Shown one piece after another: positions 9,274 through 17,433 of a stretch of DNA of 64,000 bases. The stretch lies in assembly GCA_002346225.1 (NCBI GenBank), contig DDYY01000064.1, positions 6,261 through 70,260 on the forward strand. The letters are read 5' to 3'. The position numbers and the translations under genes are program-made. The first letter of the stretch is position 1, and each line of letters begins with the position of its first letter. The stretch is from Bacteroidetes bacterium UBA3022. Its GTDB lineage: Bacteria > Bacteroidota > Bacteroidia > Chitinophagales > BACL12. The notes beneath the pieces are model-generated. The model searched no databases. It saw nothing but the letters and a program-made list of their open reading frames with translations, and was not told the origin of the DNA.

Positions 9274-11088
9274 TTAGGGCTTTTCCGGCAATGTGTAGGT
9301 TCTGCCGGCATTTACCCTTTTCAGGTATTCCATTAAGGGACCGAAATAATCCACCATGGGTTGAGCACTCATGTCGGCACCGATGCTTTCCCGCAAGTGT
9401 TGCCGCCAATCGACGGTAGCGCCCGGTGCCATTACCTTTTGCAGGAAGTCGCCGGTGGCGGTACTGCCCCAGTAGTTGGTAGCATGCGGATCCTGATGGA
9501 GGATATTTTTCGCGATATAATCATGGAACTGGAACAACAACACATTACTGATGCTGTAATCGTAATACTGTGCTGCATCATCGTTGATATGGGTCTTGGT
9601 GGCCGCATCGCAATACAGCTCACCGCGCTCTGTGGGCGGTACTATTCCCTGGTATTTCTTCACCAGTTCCCACCATTTGGCATTGTATTGATCCGGGGGG
9701 AGATTATTGGCATACAGTTCGTATTCAAAGGCAGTCATCACGCCGCTACCCCAGGGTATATGTACAATGAAATCCAAAGCTTCCTTCATCAGTTGCATGG
9801 TGTCGTTGGTAGTGAGACCCGGCTCTACGAGACCGAGGTTTTCGAGGAAGGGCTTTTGTAAGGATGCCAGACCTATCATGCTGCCGAATGCTTCGTGGTA
9901 GCCGCGATTGGCGCCACCGCGCAGAATGGGTGGCACATCGGGGTTGGAGTAAGCGATATAGTAATAGATGTGTCCGAGCTCGTGCAGCACGGTACTCCAC
10001 CATTCAGTATTCGCTTCCACACTCATCAGGGAGCGCACATCCTCCTGCAAATCCATATGCCAAGCAGAGGCGTGGTTGTTCTTGCTGTAATCGGCTCCTT
10101 CAGGAAGGGGATAGAGGGAGGACTTATCCCAGAAACTCTGGGGCAGCTCCGGAAAGCCCATGCTCATCCAGAAGGCCTCGCCTTGTTCCATTACCCATTC
10201 CGGTCCTTTCGCAGCCAGTTGCGGATCGATATCCAGACCTTCCACATTCACCATGGTGGTCCAGTCTTGCCCCCAGCGGTTGGGCAGCCAATGGGCAGGC
10301 AGGTAGTCGGGAACTTCCTGGTTGTATTTCGCCGCCAGCTCATAGCGCGCCCAGGTATGCAGTTCTCTATACAGCGGCCAGACATCGTTGATCAACTGCT
10401 CTGTCAGCTCCATCATCTCCTTGCTGTCCATGCCGTATTCTGATACCTGGTAAGCAAAAAAGTCGTCGTATCCCAAAGCCTGCACGCTGCTGTTGCGCAA
10501 CTGTTGCAAAGCCGAAAGGCCGTCTTTCAGGGTGGCACCCACTTCTTTGCTGGCAGTCCATGCCGCTTCCCGTTCCTGCAGGTTGGTTGCTTCGCGCAGA
10601 ATCCTGTCGAGGTCATTGGCCGACACCTGCCGGCCGTTCAACATATACTTATAGCCGTACAGCAATTCTGTTTGCCGGTTGGTAGCAGCAATCCGCCGGG
10701 CAACCACTTCTCCGGCAGAGGCCGGATTGTTACCTGCCATATACAATATGGTTTCCAGTTGTTTTACCTGAACTGGTGTAAGCTGGTCTTTCAATGCCAG
10801 GTATTTGCGTGCGCTATCTATATTGGCAACGCTTCCCGTGAAGTCAGCATACGCCTGATCGGCACGCGCTGCTGCATTGGAGGTCACCGTGTCACCTTCC
10901 ACAATATGTGTATTCAATTGCCATTGCCCCTCTGCAGAGGCATAGTACAGTCCTACAAACTGCGCAGTGTAGTTGTCGAGAAATTGCTGGGCAGCTTGTT
11001 GCACAGCAGCATTGTCTGCAGTCTTATCGTTGTTGCAGGCAGCGAAGAACAAAAGCACTGCAGGCAGCATCAGAATGAAACGTTTCAT
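9274..11088 (-). CDS. M2-family (ACE-like peptidyl-dipeptidase) zinc metallopeptidase, lipoprotein
   Basis: HELGH zincin motif, GANRGYHEAFG third ligand, HASAW, LPAHWL..RWGQDW. Lipobox FFAAC. Confidence 0.92.
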   Translation of the reverse strand: MKRFILMLPAVLLFFAACNNDKTADNAAVQQAAQQFLDNYTAQFVGLYYASAEGQWQLNTHIVEGDTVTSNAAARADQAYADFTGSVANIDSARKYLALKDQLTPVQVKQLETILYMAGNNPASAGEVVARRIAATNRQTELLYGYKYMLNGRQVSANDLDRILREATNLQEREAAWTASKEVGATLKDGLSALQQLRNSSVQALGYDDFFAYQVSEYGMDSKEMMELTEQLINDVWPLYRELHTWARYELAAKYNQEVPDYLPAHWLPNRWGQDWTTMVNVEGLDIDPQLAAKGPEWVMEQGEAFWMSMGFPELPQSFWDKSSLYPLPEGADYSKNNHASAWHMDLQEDVRSLMSVEANTEWWSTVLHELGHIYYYIAYSNPDVPPILRGGANRGYHEAFGSMIGLASLQKPFLENLGLVEPGLTTNDTMQLMKEALDFIVHIPWGSGVMTAFEYELYANNLPPDQYNAKWWELVKKYQGIVPPTERGELYCDAATKTHINDDAAQYYDYSISNVLLFQFHDYIAKNILHQDPHATNYWGSTATGDFLQKVMAPGATVDWRQHLRESIGADMSAQPMVDYFGPLMEYLKRVNAGRTYTLPEKP

Positions 11089-11266
11089 AGCTTGGGTTTA
11101 ATCCTCTAAGGTACGCCAAAGCCCCTGAATCGGTCGACTTTTTAACAGTTAATATTTTGCTGTGGACAACCCCCTGTGATGCGGATTTGTTTTCCTAATT
11201 TCACTCCTTCAAAGGAGTCCCTGTCGGACTTAAATAAAATAATTTTCATATACTAAAGTATTAAAT

Positions 11267-12277
11267 ATGGCAGAATCAGATAAAATGAAGGCGTTGGGCC
11301 TTGCCCTCGACCAATTGAACAAAACCTATGGCAAGGGAACAGTGATGAAACTGGGCGACAGTCCGGTGGTCAATGTAGACGTAATCTCTTCCGGCTCCAT
11401 CAGCCTGGACAATGCGTTGGGCATAGGTGGCTTCCCCCGGGGAAGAATCATTGAGATTTACGGTCCTGAATCTTCGGGTAAAACCACGCTGGCCATTCAC
11501 GCCATTGCCGAGGTACAGAAAAAAGGCGGTATCGCTGCCATGGTAGATGCGGAGCATGCTTTCGACAAGACCTATGCAGAGAAGCTGGGGGTGGATGTCG
11601 AGAATTTGCTGATCTCTCAGCCGGACAACGGTGAGCAGGCACTGGAAGTGGCCGAGCACCTGATACGCTCCGGCGCATTGGACATCGTGGTGATTGACTC
11701 GGTAGCAGCACTGGTACCCAAAAGCGAGCTGGAAGGCGAAATGGGTGAAAGCAAAATGGGATTGCAGGCCCGTCTGATGAGTCAGGCTTTGCGCAAGCTC
11801 ACCGGTACCATCAATAAAACCGGTTGTTCCTGTATTTTCATCAACCAGCTGCGCGAAAAGATAGGTGTGATGTTCGGTAACCCCGAAACCACAACCGGTG
11901 GAAACGCGCTGAAGTTCTATGCTTCCATACGCCTGGATATCCGTCGCATCGGACAAATCAAGGAAAAGGATGAAGCGGTGGGCAACCGGGTGCGGGTGAA
12001 AGTGGTAAAAAACAAAGTAGCACCTCCCTTCCGCCAGGCTGAATTCGATATCATGTACGGTGAAGGTATTTCCAAGCTGGGTGAAATCGTCGACCTGGGC
12101 GTAGATGCAGGTATCCTGCAGAAAAGTGGCTCCTGGTACAGTTACGACACTACCAAACTGGGTCAGGGTAGGGAATCAGTGAAGGAGTTATTCCGCGATA
12201 ACCCCGAACTGGCAGATGAAGTGGAAGCAAAAATCCGCGCCAAGCTCACCGGCGACAAAGAAGAAAAAAGCAAATAA
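11267..12277 (+). CDS. recA: Recombinase RecA
   Basis: GPESSGKTT Walker [32 protein letters not shown]. Confidence 0.99.
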   Translation: MAESDKMKALGLALDQLNKTYGKGTVMKLGDSPVVNVDVISSGSISLDNALGIGGFPRGRIIEIYGPESSGKTTLAIHAIAEVQKKGGIAAMVDAEHAFDKTYAEKLGVDVENLLISQPDNGEQALEVAEHLIRSGALDIVVIDSVAALVPKSELEGEMGESKMGLQARLMSQALRKLTGTINKTGCSCIFINQLREKIGVMFGNPETTTGGNALKFYASIRLDIRRIGQIKEKDEAVGNRVRVKVVKNKVAPPFRQAEFDIMYGEGISKLGEIVDLGVDAGILQKSGSWYSYDTTKLGQGRESVKELFRDNPELADEVEAKIRAKLTGDKEEKSK

Positions 12278-12292
12278 GCGATTTTACAGAGC

Positions 12293-12326
12293 AAAAAAAA
12301 GCAGGGAAATTTCCCTGCTTTTTTTT
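12293..12326. terminator. Bidirectional intrinsic terminator
   Basis: A8-GCAGGGAAA/TTTCCCTGC-T8 between convergent recA and the T9SS gene. Confidence 0.9.
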
Positions 12327-12341
12327 GGGGCATAGCCTCCA

Positions 12342-13139
12342 TTATTTGATGAACTTGGTAGAGAGCATGGAAGCTCCGTCGCGCAATACTGCAACGTACA
12401 TACCGCTGTCAGCAGTTGAGCCGGAAGCAGTCATACCATCCCAAACAATCATATTATCGTTGTTGGCATATACAGAACCTACCAGTTGACCTACATGGTT
12501 GTAAATCATCAATTCTGCACCTGGATTGATGGTTTTGTTGGAAGTAAATACCATACCATCGGCCATTGGATTAGCTCTCAGGAAATGCACAGCAAGAATT
12601 TCTGACATTTTCTGACCACCTTGCATCAGCATGTCTTTAATAGCGGTTTCCACTGTAGGATCAAATCCAAGGTCAGCAAGGTTACCTGCGTCAGCAGCCA
12701 TACGACCGGGAGCCGGAGGACAGCCATCGCTGGAATAAGTAACAGGATAATCGAAAGGACCTCCTACAACTCCGATACCATCGCAAGTCTGCTGGTAAAC
12801 CCAGTCCATATCGCCAGTGGCGGCGCTACCTGAAGATGCATAGAATTCCAGTGCATCTACTGCTGTAACACATCCATCAGGTGATGGGTTAGGACCCCAT
12901 GTCATGAAGAAGTCATTGTTCGCCATATCGCCATATCCTGAAATAGGCCATGCAGGGAAACCTGGACCATCTAATTCTATGCTACCGCTGATTTCCCAGT
13001 ACTTGGGAGCTGTGCGGTTCACATCAATCAAATAGTTGAAACCAAAAGCATCTGTGAAGCAAACAACTGTTTGCGCCATAGTAGGTGTAGCAGCAGCCAG
13101 CACCAAAACAGTGGCTAATAATTGTAGTCTTTTTCTCAT
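12342..13139 (-). CDS. Secreted protein with T9SS/FlgD-like C-terminal domain
   Basis: Signal peptide ending TMA-Q. C-terminus ANPMADG..IYNHVGQLV..WDG..SGMYVAVL..KFIK. The N-terminal Cys-containing domain was not recognised. Confidence 0.75.
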   Translation of the reverse strand: MRKRLQLLATVLVLAAATPTMAQTVVCFTDAFGFNYLIDVNRTAPKYWEISGSIELDGPGFPAWPISGYGDMANNDFFMTWGPNPSPDGCVTAVDALEFYASSGSAATGDMDWVYQQTCDGIGVVGGPFDYPVTYSSDGCPPAPGRMAADAGNLADLGFDPTVETAIKDMLMQGGQKMSEILAVHFLRANPMADGMVFTSNKTINPGAELMIYNHVGQLVGSVYANNDNMIVWDGMTASGSTADSGMYVAVLRDGASMLSTKFIK

Positions 13140-13218
13140 TCTGTGCTAGTTTAAGAGGTTAATTAAGGAAACCAAATTAAACATAACTGGTCAAAAAACA
13201 AATGGACGCAGAAATTTT

Positions 13219-14229
13219 TTATCCCTTAGCGTGGTTTTTCAGCATCATAATTTCCCTGGAGCTCAGGTGGCGCCAGCGGGAACGTGGTAAGTCTTTTTTG
13301 GTAAGACCGGCATACACTGTGCGGTCCAGGCGCTCTACCTTGTAGCCCAGATGCTCGAAAATGCGCCGGACAATGCGGTTTCTGCCGATGTGCAGGGCCA
13401 CCCCCACGATGCGCATATTCCCTTTGTCGGGATAGGCAATTTCATCTACCGGTGCCGGGCCATCTTCCAGCTCGAGGCCCTTGCGAATTTTTTCAAAGTC
13501 TTCGCGTGCCAATCCCCTATCGAGTTCCACTTCATACACCTTTTCCACCTCTTTGCTGGGATGGCTCAATGCCAGCGCCAGGTCTCCATCGTTGGTGAGC
13601 AGCAGCAATCCTGTAGTGTTGCGGTCCAGCCTTCCTACCGGGTACACCCTTTCATTGGTAGCCTTGGCTATCAGGTCCATTACTGTTTTGCGATTTCTTT
13701 CATCGGAAACTGAGGTGATATAATCTTTCGGCTTGTTGAGCAGGATATATACATGTCGAACTGGGAGAATGACTTTCCCTTTGTAGGTAACCTTATCCTT
13801 GGGTGTGAGGCGGTAGCCCATTTCTGTCACCACCTTTCCGTTCACCTGCACCAGCCCCTGTTCAATGATTTCGTCTGCTTTGCGGCGGGCAGCCACACCA
13901 CAATGCGCCAGGTATTTGTTCAGGCGCACGGTATCGGAGGTAAACAGGGCCTCCTCCGGCTTAACCGGTTTCCATTTTTTAGTCGGCGGTTTACTGCGCT
14001 CCCGTGTTTTCTTGGGTTTTACCTTTTCCTGGTAATAGGCGTGCTTGCGCTCGCGATTGCTGCCCTTTTTTTCGGGCTCGTCTTCCCCTTTCGCTTTGCG
14101 CTCTTCCCTGTTTTTCTGGCTGAATCGGATGGCCCTTTCGAGGCGCTCCTGCTCACGCTCCTTATTGCGGTTCTGCTTCGGTTTCGGAGTCGGTTTCGGT
14201 TGTTTCTTCCGGGGTGTTGTTTTCTTCAT
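13219..14229 (-). CDS. rluB: 23S rRNA pseudouridine synthase (RluB/RsuA family) with basic N-terminal extension
   Basis: S4 domain RLNKYLAHCGVAARRKAD, LLNKPKDY, PVGRLDRNTTGLLLLTNDG. Start is 14229 or 14250. Confidence 0.9.
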   Translation of the reverse strand: MKKTTPRKKQPKPTPKPKQNRNKEREQERLERAIRFSQKNREERKAKGEDEPEKKGSNRERKHAYYQEKVKPKKTRERSKPPTKKWKPVKPEEALFTSDTVRLNKYLAHCGVAARRKADEIIEQGLVQVNGKVVTEMGYRLTPKDKVTYKGKVILPVRHVYILLNKPKDYITSVSDERNRKTVMDLIAKATNERVYPVGRLDRNTTGLLLLTNDGDLALALSHPSKEVEKVYEVELDRGLAREDFEKIRKGLELEDGPAPVDEIAYPDKGNMRIVGVALHIGRNRIVRRIFEHLGYKVERLDRTVYAGLTKKDLPRSRWRHLSSREIMMLKNHAKG

Positions 14230-14875
14230 GTTGTTGATTTTGGGCGTCATCCCGACGCTCGGTATGGACCTTTAATGTAATAGTCTGGTCGTCGTTTTCT
14301 GTTTCCTGCACCATGATATCACCGGGATCGCCAATGGACAGATCTTTCTGTTCGAATTCCTTCAGGCGCGGCAACTCCTCCAATACATTGATACCAAAAT
14401 AGTCCATAAAGAACTGGGTGGTGCCGTATTGCAGTGGCTTGCCGGGTGTATCCGTTCTTCCCGTTATGCGAATGAGGTCGCGCTCCAGCAATTTCTGTAT
14501 GGTGTAATCGCAGTTAACCCCTCTTATTTCTTCAATCTCCGTTTTGGTAACCGGCTGGGAATAGGCAATAATACTCAGGCATTCGAGTGCTGCTGTGCTG
14601 AGTTTTCTCTTGGCGCGCTGCTGCAACAAGGTGCTGATGGGTTTGTGGTACAGGGGTTTGGTGAGGAATTGATAGCCCCCGCCACTTTGCACTATTTCAA
14701 ACACAAACGCGTCGCTTTCATACTTGCTGGCTATAGCATCCACCTGCTCCTTGATGGCCTCCATGCTGACCTCTTCTCCGGAATAAGCAAACAAAACCGA
14801 CTGCAACTCCGCCAGCGAAATGGGCTGCTCGGTGCTGAATATCAGGGCTTCCAGAATTTGTTGCAAACGATCCAT
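14162..14875 (-). CDS. scpB: SMC-Scp complex subunit ScpB
   Basis: LEALIF, LSTAALECLSIIAYSQPVTKTEIEEIRGV, GKPLQYGTT..F..YFGI..LEELP. Confidence 0.95.
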   Translation of the reverse strand: MDRLQQILEALIFSTEQPISLAELQSVLFAYSGEEVSMEAIKEQVDAIASKYESDAFVFEIVQSGGGYQFLTKPLYHKPISTLLQQRAKRKLSTAALECLSIIAYSQPVTKTEIEEIRGVNCDYTIQKLLERDLIRITGRTDTPGKPLQYGTTQFFMDYFGINVLEELPRLKEFEQKDLSIGDPGDIMVQETENDDQTITLKVHTERRDDAQNQQHEENNTPEETTETDSETEAEPQ

Positions 14876-14907
14876 GGTGTAAAATTAATGAAAGGCAGGG
14901 AGGAATT

Positions 14908-14961
14908 TGTAGGTTGTAGGTTGTGGGTCATAAGTTGCAGGTAATATGTTGTAAGTAGAGG
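14908..14961 (+). repeat. Degenerate 7-mer tandem array, copy 1 (consensus TGTAGGT)
   Basis: TGTAGGT TGTAGGT TGTGGGT CATAAGT TGCAGGT AATATGT TGTAAGT AGAGG. Confidence 0.85.
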
Positions 14962-14978
14962 ACGAAAGACTGACGGCC

Positions 14979-15020
14979 AACCCCGATGGTTATCGGGGCT
15001 AACCCCGATAGCTATCGGGA
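14979..15020. repeat. Tandem pair of REP-like palindromes
   Basis: AACCCCGATGGTTATCGGGG and AACCCCGATAGCTATCGGGA, with starts 22 nt apart. Confidence 0.8.
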
Positions 15021-15210
15021 CAAGTTCATTACAGGGTTAACCATTTAGATTCATACTACTTCAGGTATAACGCAGCGAGCGCCGCGTGTACGCCGAGAGC
15101 GCCGCGTTAAAAACTAAACGGGATAGACTCCTCCTCGCCGGCGTTCCTCTGTGATATGTACGATGTACTGAATAGTTCATCCCTTTCCGGTAACACCGGC
15201 GGGACGTTTT

Positions 15211-15268
15211 TATAGGATGTAGGTTGTAGGTCTTAGGTTATAGGTTGCAGGTAATAAGTTGTAAGTAG
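15211..15268 (+). repeat. Degenerate 7-mer tandem array, copy 2
   Basis: TATAGGA TGTAGGT TGTAGGT CTTAGGT TATAGGT TGCAGGT AATAAGT TGTAAGT AG. Confidence 0.85.
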
Positions 15269-15348
15269 CATGTGTGGAATTCCTCACCAAATCGTACACT
15301 ATGTGTCAAGCTGCTGGTTGGGTTAACAAATAATATTCCTACGACAAG

Positions 15349-16206
15349 TTACCTTGCACCAGCCAAGTGTCCGCGATAGGCATGGTGCATGGAAAGGATA
15401 TGTGGTGCGCTCAGCGAAGCAATGAATATGAAGAAGATAGCGTACTGTTTCCCGTCCGGTGAAAGAAAGTAAGGGTAAAAAAAGTACAATCCCGCGAATA
15501 CCAGGAGCGCTCCAATTGTAAAAGGCAAAGACATCTTCACCAACGACCAGTTCGAAGCATTCGTCAGTACCCGTAAATGCAACCATCCCCTTATGCTATG
15601 CCAGGCACAGAAATACCAGAGGAAGGCCGATAGTAGCGGAAGCAATAATCCCAGTAACAAGATGAATACGACTGCCAGGTAAGATGAAAGATGCTTGCCC
15701 TTGATTGCATGAAGAGGTATCAGTAAACATACTGCGGATAAGCATAAACCGATTGTTTTGCATGCAATAACAAAACCACCCAAAGTTTCAGTCTTAAGCA
15801 TGGATACTACACTGCTTGTTTCCTGGGCATGTCCGAATAATAACAGACCAATGATGCCCCAACCAAACAAGGTAGCTCTAACAGGGTGATACATTCCCCA
15901 TTCTCTGAGGTCAGTCTCGCCAAAATGCCAGGCGGATAGCAGAACGAATAGCAGCAACCCTGCAATGGGTACCAAGAGCCATATGCCCAGCACAACCAGC
16001 ATAATGCTGATGTATTGCAACAGAAACAAACCGATGCCTTTACGCTTATCTTTTAAATCAAGGTGATGGTCAACGGCTCCATGGGAGATGCCGGGAAATA
16101 GCAAGGCGGGTGCTAGCAGGAACTGGAACCAGGTCTGGTCATATACACCCGGAATAAAAGACAACAGACTGTATAATCCCATCAGGATTAAAACAGTCAG
16201 CTCCAT
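15349..16206 (-). CDS. blh: Beta-carotene 15,15'-dioxygenase (Brp/Blh family)
   Basis: GISHGAVDH, SAWHFGETD, WHS and APH iron-ligand His motifs. Adjacent to the rhodopsin gene. Start is ATG 16206 or TTG 16233. Confidence 0.93.
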   Translation of the reverse strand: MELTVLILMGLYSLLSFIPGVYDQTWFQFLLAPALLFPGISHGAVDHHLDLKDKRKGIGLFLLQYISIMLVVLGIWLLVPIAGLLLFVLLSAWHFGETDLREWGMYHPVRATLFGWGIIGLLLFGHAQETSSVVSMLKTETLGGFVIACKTIGLCLSAVCLLIPLHAIKGKHLSSYLAVVFILLLGLLLPLLSAFLWYFCAWHSIRGWLHLRVLTNASNWSLVKMSLPFTIGALLVFAGLYFFYPYFLSPDGKQYAIFFIFIASLSAPHILSMHHAYRGHLAGAR

Positions 16207-16264
16207 ATCTTTTGCACCTTGTCCGCCGCTCAATGGTCAAAAATTTAAATTAAAAAATAGGGTG

Positions 16265-16300
16265 AAAAGGCAGGGCGATGAATCCTTCATCGCCCTGCCT
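16265..16300 (-). terminator. Intrinsic terminator between proteorhodopsin and blh
   Basis: Perfect 15-bp stem AGGCAGGGCGATGAA/TTCATCGCCCTGCCT followed by a short T run on the minus strand. Confidence 0.8.
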
Positions 16301-16316
16301 GAATCATTTGAACAGG

Positions 16317-17060
16317 TTACTTTTGGTCACTTACAGCCAGTGCATAGATTACCAGACCGAAACCGATCTTGTTCACCGCATCACCGATGTTGTAGATCAC
16401 ATCCATGAATCCGGCATTTACACCCAGGTCCATTCCGAACAGTCCACCTTGTGTTCCAAGGATGTAACCGATAGGATAGATAGCCCATCCTACGAATACA
16501 AACCAGCCCAGCGCCTTATTGGCACGGTTCACTGCAGGAGAACTACTCTTGGCCAGTTTGGCTACATCGCCGAACCAAACCAGGTAAAGGATATAGAAAT
16601 AACCTATACTACTAATGAAGCCCCATATCCAAGACTGCGTTTCGGCAGCGTAAATAGCTTCACCTATATAACCGGTTACCAGCATAAAAACCGAAGCAGC
16701 GATGAGCTTCCACAACAATCCCATAGTGGCACCTGCCTTCTTGGTGATTAAGTAGAATTCAACGCACATCAACGGTACGGTTAGTAACCAGTCTACGTAA
16801 CGGAAAAAGGTAGGGGAGGTCATGGTTTCCATGTAGTGCTCCCGCATGTAATAATAGTGCACTGCCGCAATGAAGGTGATCAACCCTGAAACCAGTAAGG
16901 AGGTCCTCCACTTTTCGCCAACAGTTCTCATTTCCAGCCAGAAAAATGCTGTTGCTGCCATCATTGCCATGGTTCCTACAAAGAAGGTAAAGGCAACTAC
17001 AGAAGACAGACTTGATGCATTTTCCGGAGCGAAAAAGTCATACGCCATTGTGTGTTCCAT
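16317..17060 (-). CDS. Proteorhodopsin (DTE proton pump, green-tuned Met, Gly at the fenestration site)
   Basis: Seven TM segments. H68; RYVDWLLTVPLMCVE (D90/T94/M98/E101); DAVNK with retinal-binding K231. Confidence 0.97.
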   Translation of the reverse strand: MEHTMAYDFFAPENASSLSSVVAFTFFVGTMAMMAATAFFWLEMRTVGEKWRTSLLVSGLITFIAAVHYYYMREHYMETMTSPTFFRYVDWLLTVPLMCVEFYLITKKAGATMGLLWKLIAASVFMLVTGYIGEAIYAAETQSWIWGFISSIGYFYILYLVWFGDVAKLAKSSSPAVNRANKALGWFVFVGWAIYPIGYILGTQGGLFGMDLGVNAGFMDVIYNIGDAVNKIGFGLVIYALAVSDQK

Positions 17061-17309
17061 TTTAATTTGATATGGTTATGTAAATATAACATGAAAACCT
17101 TTTCTTGGTTTACCGGTAAAAAAAACAGGAGACTGGTTCTATATCAGTTTTTGGAATTAATCTGACGGTATACCTGCGTTTTTGCGCACCTGGAAGAGGA
17201 TGTAATTGAAAAGTTGAACAGATAATTCCACAAAAAATAACAGAAATTTTTTTTTTTTTTACCTCAACCAAATAGCTGCTGAGTTGTTAGAGATATTTTT
17301 GAATTGCTT

Positions 17310-17349
17310 TGTGAGTGGTAGGTTATAGGTAATAAGTTGTAGGTAGAGG
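17310..17349 (+). repeat. Degenerate 7-mer tandem array, copy 3
   Basis: TGTGAGT GGTAGGT TATAGGT AATAAGT TGTAGGT AGAGG; ends the same way as copy 1. Confidence 0.8.
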
Positions 17350-17382
17350 GTCAATGGGCAAATTACCCTGAAAGCATAGGGC

Positions 17383-17414
17383 AAAAAAAAGAGCGCTTCG
17401 GGAAGCACTCTTTT
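17383..17414 (-). terminator. Terminator of the atp operon
   Basis: Minus strand AGAGTGCTTC-CC-GAAGCGCTCT followed by a T run. Confidence 0.85.
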
Positions 17415-17433
17415 ATCAATGTTTCATTCAGTA

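Noticed and set aside
11161-11266. LexA/SOS box upstream of recA
   Set aside because: GGATTTGTTTTCC has 7-nt spacing and AGTCC-N5-GGACT is in inverted order. Neither matches the GGA-N5-TCC box I recall for Bacteroidota.
14908-15268. Possible CRISPR array in the repeat-rich intergenic region
   Set aside because: The repeats are 7-mer tandems and two adjacent palindromes without unique, regular 30-40 nt spacers; there are no cas genes.
17247-17260. T14 homopolymer as a phase-variation switch for proteorhodopsin
   Set aside because: It lies about 190 nt upstream of the start, apparently outside the likely proximal promoter (TATATTTA at 17081-17088). Homopolymer length is also error-prone. Read-level data would be needed.
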